A stretch of DNA of 64,000 nucleotides from Synechococcales cyanobacterium (GTDB lineage: Bacteria > Cyanobacteriota > Cyanobacteriia > CAKZMO01), in the NCBI GenBank assembly GCA_035285585.1, contig JAYKGU010000021.1, positions 3,283 through 67,282 of the forward strand. The letters run 5' to 3'. A program made the position numbers and the translations under genes. Below the pieces are notes generated by a model that did no database searches, was not told where the DNA came from, and saw only the letters and a list, made by a program, of their open reading frames with translations. Positions 60,617 through 64,000 of this stretch are shown one piece after another. The first letter of the stretch is position 1. Each line of letters begins with the position of its first letter.

Positions 60617-62878
60617 TTACCGTCGCGACTCCAGATACAGCGTCCACATCTGTTCATAGGCATCCTCTATCTCGCGGGTAAACCGTCGCGTATCCCAGAG
60701 CCGTGCCGTGTGCCGCGCCTTCTGCAACTGCCACCCAATTTTTTGCCGCAGCTTCACATCCGTTCCCAGGCGGATGCCCCACTCCACATACTCCTCAGTC
60801 GACCAGGCAATGCCCTCCGTCAGGCCCACATTCACCATCATAGAATAGCTGTTGCGGCTGGAGAACTGCTGCCCCACCTGGGTTACCATCGGCACCCCCA
60901 TCCACAGGGTTTCCAGCGTAGTGGTGGCCCCATTGTAGGGGTAGGTATCCAGCACCACGTCGGCGATCGCCAGATTAGCCCGATGGGTCGTTTCGCTGGG
61001 CACCTCCGGCAGAAAACGGAGGCGATCGCCCGCCACCCCCGCCGCTTGAGCCGTCTGGATGAAGAAATCCTGGAGCGAGGCTTCCTGGCTGGAGCTTTTG
61101 GTGAGCAGGTAGCTATTAGGCACCGCCTGCAAAATCTGCATTTGCCGCTGCACCGTGTCGGGGTGGAGCTTTTGCCCCCGCTGGGCGCTGAGGTAGATCA
61201 CCGCATCCGCAGGAATGCCCAGCTCATCCCGCCGCAGGCTGGGCACCGTGGCCTCTACCCCGTCGATGGCCACAAAGGTAGACGGGAGCCGCCAGAGGGT
61301 TTCCCGGTAATCTGCCTGGGCATTGTCTGGCAGCACGTAGGGGTCGGTAATGAAATAGTCCACCGCTGGAATTCCGGGCGCATCCCAGCCCAGCCAGCTA
61401 ATCTGCACGGGGGCGGGCTTCAGGGCCATTACCTGACAGGCCACGTCAAAGGTGGCGCTATCCAGGTCAATGAGCACGTCAATCTCGTCGTCATGGATTT
61501 GCTGAGCCACCGTCAGGGCATCGGCGGGCAGGCGATGGGCCACCTCCGCCCAGTCGGCAAACTGATCCTGCAAAAAATCCGTGCCCTGGGAGCCTGCCCC
61601 CACAAAGTAGGCATGGAGCATCAGCCGCTCCCGGTCGTGGTGTTGGAACAGCCAGCGCACAATCCAGCCCACGGAGTGCCGTCGCAGGCAGCTCGACAGG
61701 TAGCCCACCCGCAGCCGTCGGGGAGAAGTTTGGGCAGATGGGGCCACACCCGCCCGCCAGCGTCTGCGATAGGTGGCCACTGGGTCGGGCAGCAGGCGTT
61801 CCAGATGGGTCTGGCACAGTTGGCCCAGGGCGTTTTGCAGGGCGCGGTTTTCCTGGGGGGCATCGCGGAAATAGGGCTGGAAAAATCCCATCGTAAACAG
61901 TTGGCGCACCTCATCGCGGCTCAAGTCCGCTGGGGGAGCCGCCAGCAACTGCCGCAGCAGTGCTTGTTCCTGCTGAAAGTGCTGACAGCCCTGCTGCCAG
62001 TAGCCACCGCGAATCATCACCACCTGAATCATTAAGTGCTGGGCAAAAATCCGGTCGGTGACGTTCTGGGCCAGCTCCAGACAACGCTGGGCCGTGGTGA
62101 TCGCCTCGTCATAGCGCACCGCCCGCTGATAAAACCCGGCCAACTGCCGCAGCATCCCCACATGATCCGGCTGAAACTGAAGGCAGCATTCCGCCAGCCG
62201 CACCGCCAGCGCTGGCTTGTGGTTCACATAGGCAATCTTATTTGCCGCCTGCCTCACAATGCTGGTGAAGCGATCGCCATAGTCCGCCAGCTCCGCTACC
62301 CAGGCTGCCGCCCCATTGACCAGGGCGGAGAGTAAATCATCGGCGCGATCGCCCCGCAGTGACTCATCACAGAACAGCACCTGGGCCACCACTTGCAGCA
62401 ATAGATCCAGGTTGACCTCACTGGGGTTAGCGGCTGCAAGTGCCTCCAGGACGCCCCAGTCCTCCAGATGCTCGGCGGCAAACTGCTCCTGCATGATGTC
62501 AAGCTGCACCAGCAGCAGCAAATTGTTAAGGGCATCGGGGGCAATTTCCCGCAGGTGCTGGCGAATCAGCCAGGCCCGATCGTAGTGCCGCTGCTCGTGC
62601 TGGCGGGCCGCCTCAGTGTCCAGGACTTGCAGCAGCTCCAGGGTCCAGTCGGCCACCTGGGCCTCATCCCCAGCGGCGAGGGGCGTCATCCAGATGGCCT
62701 GGGCCTCCATTTCTTCGCCCTGGAGCAGCCGCACCAGCCCCAAATGCCAGTAGTGGGAGACAACATCGGGTTCGGCTTCGATGGCCTGCCGATAGAGGGC
62801 TTCTGCCTGGGTGTAGTTGCCTGTGGCGATGTAGCGATCGCCCTGTTGCCGCCAGTCGGATGTCAGTTCTTGCATCAT
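60617..62878 (-). CDS. TPR-repeat / GT41-like (SPINDLY/OGT family) glycosyltransferase, high-GC paralog 2
   Basis: DTYPYNGATTTLETLWMGVPMVTQVG...MWTLYLESRR; alignable along its length with paralog 1. Confidence 0.7.
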   Translation of the reverse strand: MMQELTSDWRQQGDRYIATGNYTQAEALYRQAIEAEPDVVSHYWHLGLVRLLQGEEMEAQAIWMTPLAAGDEAQVADWTLELLQVLDTEAARQHEQRHYDRAWLIRQHLREIAPDALNNLLLLVQLDIMQEQFAAEHLEDWGVLEALAAANPSEVNLDLLLQVVAQVLFCDESLRGDRADDLLSALVNGAAAWVAELADYGDRFTSIVRQAANKIAYVNHKPALAVRLAECCLQFQPDHVGMLRQLAGFYQRAVRYDEAITTAQRCLELAQNVTDRIFAQHLMIQVVMIRGGYWQQGCQHFQQEQALLRQLLAAPPADLSRDEVRQLFTMGFFQPYFRDAPQENRALQNALGQLCQTHLERLLPDPVATYRRRWRAGVAPSAQTSPRRLRVGYLSSCLRRHSVGWIVRWLFQHHDRERLMLHAYFVGAGSQGTDFLQDQFADWAEVAHRLPADALTVAQQIHDDEIDVLIDLDSATFDVACQVMALKPAPVQISWLGWDAPGIPAVDYFITDPYVLPDNAQADYRETLWRLPSTFVAIDGVEATVPSLRRDELGIPADAVIYLSAQRGQKLHPDTVQRQMQILQAVPNSYLLTKSSSQEASLQDFFIQTAQAAGVAGDRLRFLPEVPSETTHRANLAIADVVLDTYPYNGATTTLETLWMGVPMVTQVGQQFSSRNSYSMMVNVGLTEGIAWSTEEYVEWGIRLGTDVKLRQKIGWQLQKARHTARLWDTRRFTREIEDAYEQMWTLYLESRR

Positions 62879-62931
62879 TACGCCTGTCCTGCCCGTTTCT
62901 CTTCTGTGTGGATGTTTCCCAAGGAATGCGG

Positions 62932-63270
62932 CTAGAGATACAAAACCATCCGCAACCCCTCGTCTACCTCCGCTTGCAAGTAGTCTGGTAGTGAGCCGAT
63001 CCGTTCGGTTAGGAATGCTTTATCAACGGTAGAAATTTGCGATACGTTTGCAACAGAATCCCTGAGTAAACCTGACGCTTCCCGAGGCAACAACACATTT
63101 CCGGGTGCTTCTGCTAATTGGGTATTCGAGGTAATGATCACGACGATAACCGTCTTGATACGGCTTTGAGTAAAGACATCATCTTGAATTACCAAAACAG
63201 GACGACGATACCCCGGTTCTGAACCGACTGGATTCGGTAAATGCGCCCACCACAGTTCTCCCCGATACAT
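62932..63270 (-). CDS. Type II toxin, MazF/PemK family
   Basis: RGELWWAHLPNPVGSEPGYRRPVLVIQDD...TVIVVIITS pattern; ATGA overlap with the upstream antitoxin. Confidence 0.65.
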   Translation of the reverse strand: MYRGELWWAHLPNPVGSEPGYRRPVLVIQDDVFTQSRIKTVIVVIITSNTQLAEAPGNVLLPREASGLLRDSVANVSQISTVDKAFLTERIGSLPDYLQAEVDEGLRMVLYL

Positions 63271-63506
63271 TACCAATCCTCATGAGGCAGAGACATAAAT
63301 TGCATCTTTGCTATTACTGGATCAAGCTCAGAAGGCTCTCTAGAGTAAACCTGGTTCAACTTGTGCAGAATTTGATTGCGGTTGTACTTTTTCAAGTAAG
63401 CTTTTAACGCCTGGGTGTAAAGCTCACTACGGGACAAGCCAAGCCGCTGGGCCAACGCTTCTGCCTCTTCAAAAACAGAGTCTGGAAGCGAAATTGCAGT
63501 TTTCAT
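63270..63506 (-). CDS. Ribbon-helix-helix-type antitoxin
   Basis: 78 aa; MKTAISLPDSVFEEAEALAQRLGLSRSELYTQAL (RHH-like); immediately upstream of the MazF-like toxin. Confidence 0.5.
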   Translation of the reverse strand: MKTAISLPDSVFEEAEALAQRLGLSRSELYTQALKAYLKKYNRNQILHKLNQVYSREPSELDPVIAKMQFMSLPHEDW

Positions 63507-63691
63507 AATGACCTCGGTAATCAGCCCTACTCTTCAGGTTACACCCTGGTTATACCAAAGCTGCAATCCTCATGTGCCATTGTTTTGGAACGATCATTTG
63601 ATTGATTCTACCTTTGGTGGGGCGGAGCATTCGGTGGGAAGCTTTTGCAGAAGTCAATAACGTGTTGGCCGAATGCTTCGCCCCTACGGGG

Positions 63692-64000
63692 TTATGCCTC
63701 TAAATAGGTGGCCCACATTTGCTCGTATGCCCGTTCCATTTCGCGGGCGAACTGGCGACCGTTCCACAGGGGGGCGGTCTGGCGGGACTGCTTTAGCTTC
63801 CAGTGGATTTGCTCCCGCAGGGCGCGATCGCACCCCAGACGCACGCCCCACTCGACGTATTCCTCATCGGTCCAGGCGATGCCTTCGGTGATGCCTGCGT
63901 TAACCATCATGGTGTAGCTGTTGCGGGCAGCAAACTGTTGCCCCACCCTTGTCACCAGGGGAATGCCCATCCATAGGGTTTCCAGGGTGGTGGTGGCCCC
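63692..64000 (-). CDS. TPR/GT41-like glycosyltransferase paralog 3 (3' part only; gene continues past the window end)
   Basis: MGIPLVTRVGQQFAARNSYTMMVNAGITEGIAWTDEEYVEWG...MWATYLEA; the open frame continues to position 64000. Confidence 0.7.
   Translation of the reverse strand, partial: GATTTLETLWMGIPLVTRVGQQFAARNSYTMMVNAGITEGIAWTDEEYVEWGVRLGCDRALREQIHWKLKQSRQTAPLWNGRQFAREMERAYEQMWATYLEA

Noticed and set aside
60518-62035. 505-aa plus-strand ORF
   Set aside because: Antisense to GT41-like paralog 2. The translation is Pro/His/Gly/Arg-rich low complexity, typical of a GC-rich reverse frame.

Overview
The window is a high-GC (~58-62%), HIP1 (GCGATCGC)-rich chromosomal segment that is almost certainly from a beta-cyanobacterium. 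The anchor is a complete beta-carboxysome operon on the minus strand (ccmK-ccmK-ccmL-ccmM-ccmN-ccmO, 31.0-36.1 kb), transcribed divergently from an NDH-1 CO2-uptake operon (ndhF3/4-ndhD3/4-cupA/B, 36.9-41.6 kb). A GAF-GAF-PAS class III adenylate cyclase follows at 41.8-44.5 kb. Housekeeping and accessory genes fill the rest: an XPB-like helicase, sodN-sodX (nickel superoxide dismutase and its maturation peptidase), a SufR-like regulator, an M23 peptidase, ZipN/Ftn2, pdhA, tRNA-Leu(CAA), a PAS/GAF histidine kinase, two Hanks-type Ser/Thr kinases, HU, glycosyltransferases and a MazF/RHH toxin-antitoxin pair. The best candidate for an undescribed system lies at 6.0-11.5 kb. It is a duplicated cassette of a phycobilisome-fold (globin-like) protein paired with a V4R-domain protein, carrying a translationally coupled acidic repeat protein and followed by a Ser/Thr kinase with a ~400-aa uncharacterised C-terminal domain. 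Other notable structure: (a) a low-GC (~40%) island at 52.8-58.0 kb encoding a 1030-aa dual-methyltransferase/GT4 glycosyltransferase fusion plus an FkbM methyltransferase; (b) a tandem minus-strand array of TPR/GT41 (SPINDLY/OGT-like) paralogs with different GC content, a 3' pseudogene remnant and an inserted TA pair (58-64 kb); (c) at least four families of small dispersed inverted-repeat (MITE-like) elements in intergenic regions. No CRISPR arrays or rRNA genes were seen. All calls rest on motif recognition from the translations and on reading the nucleotide sequence; no database search was run.
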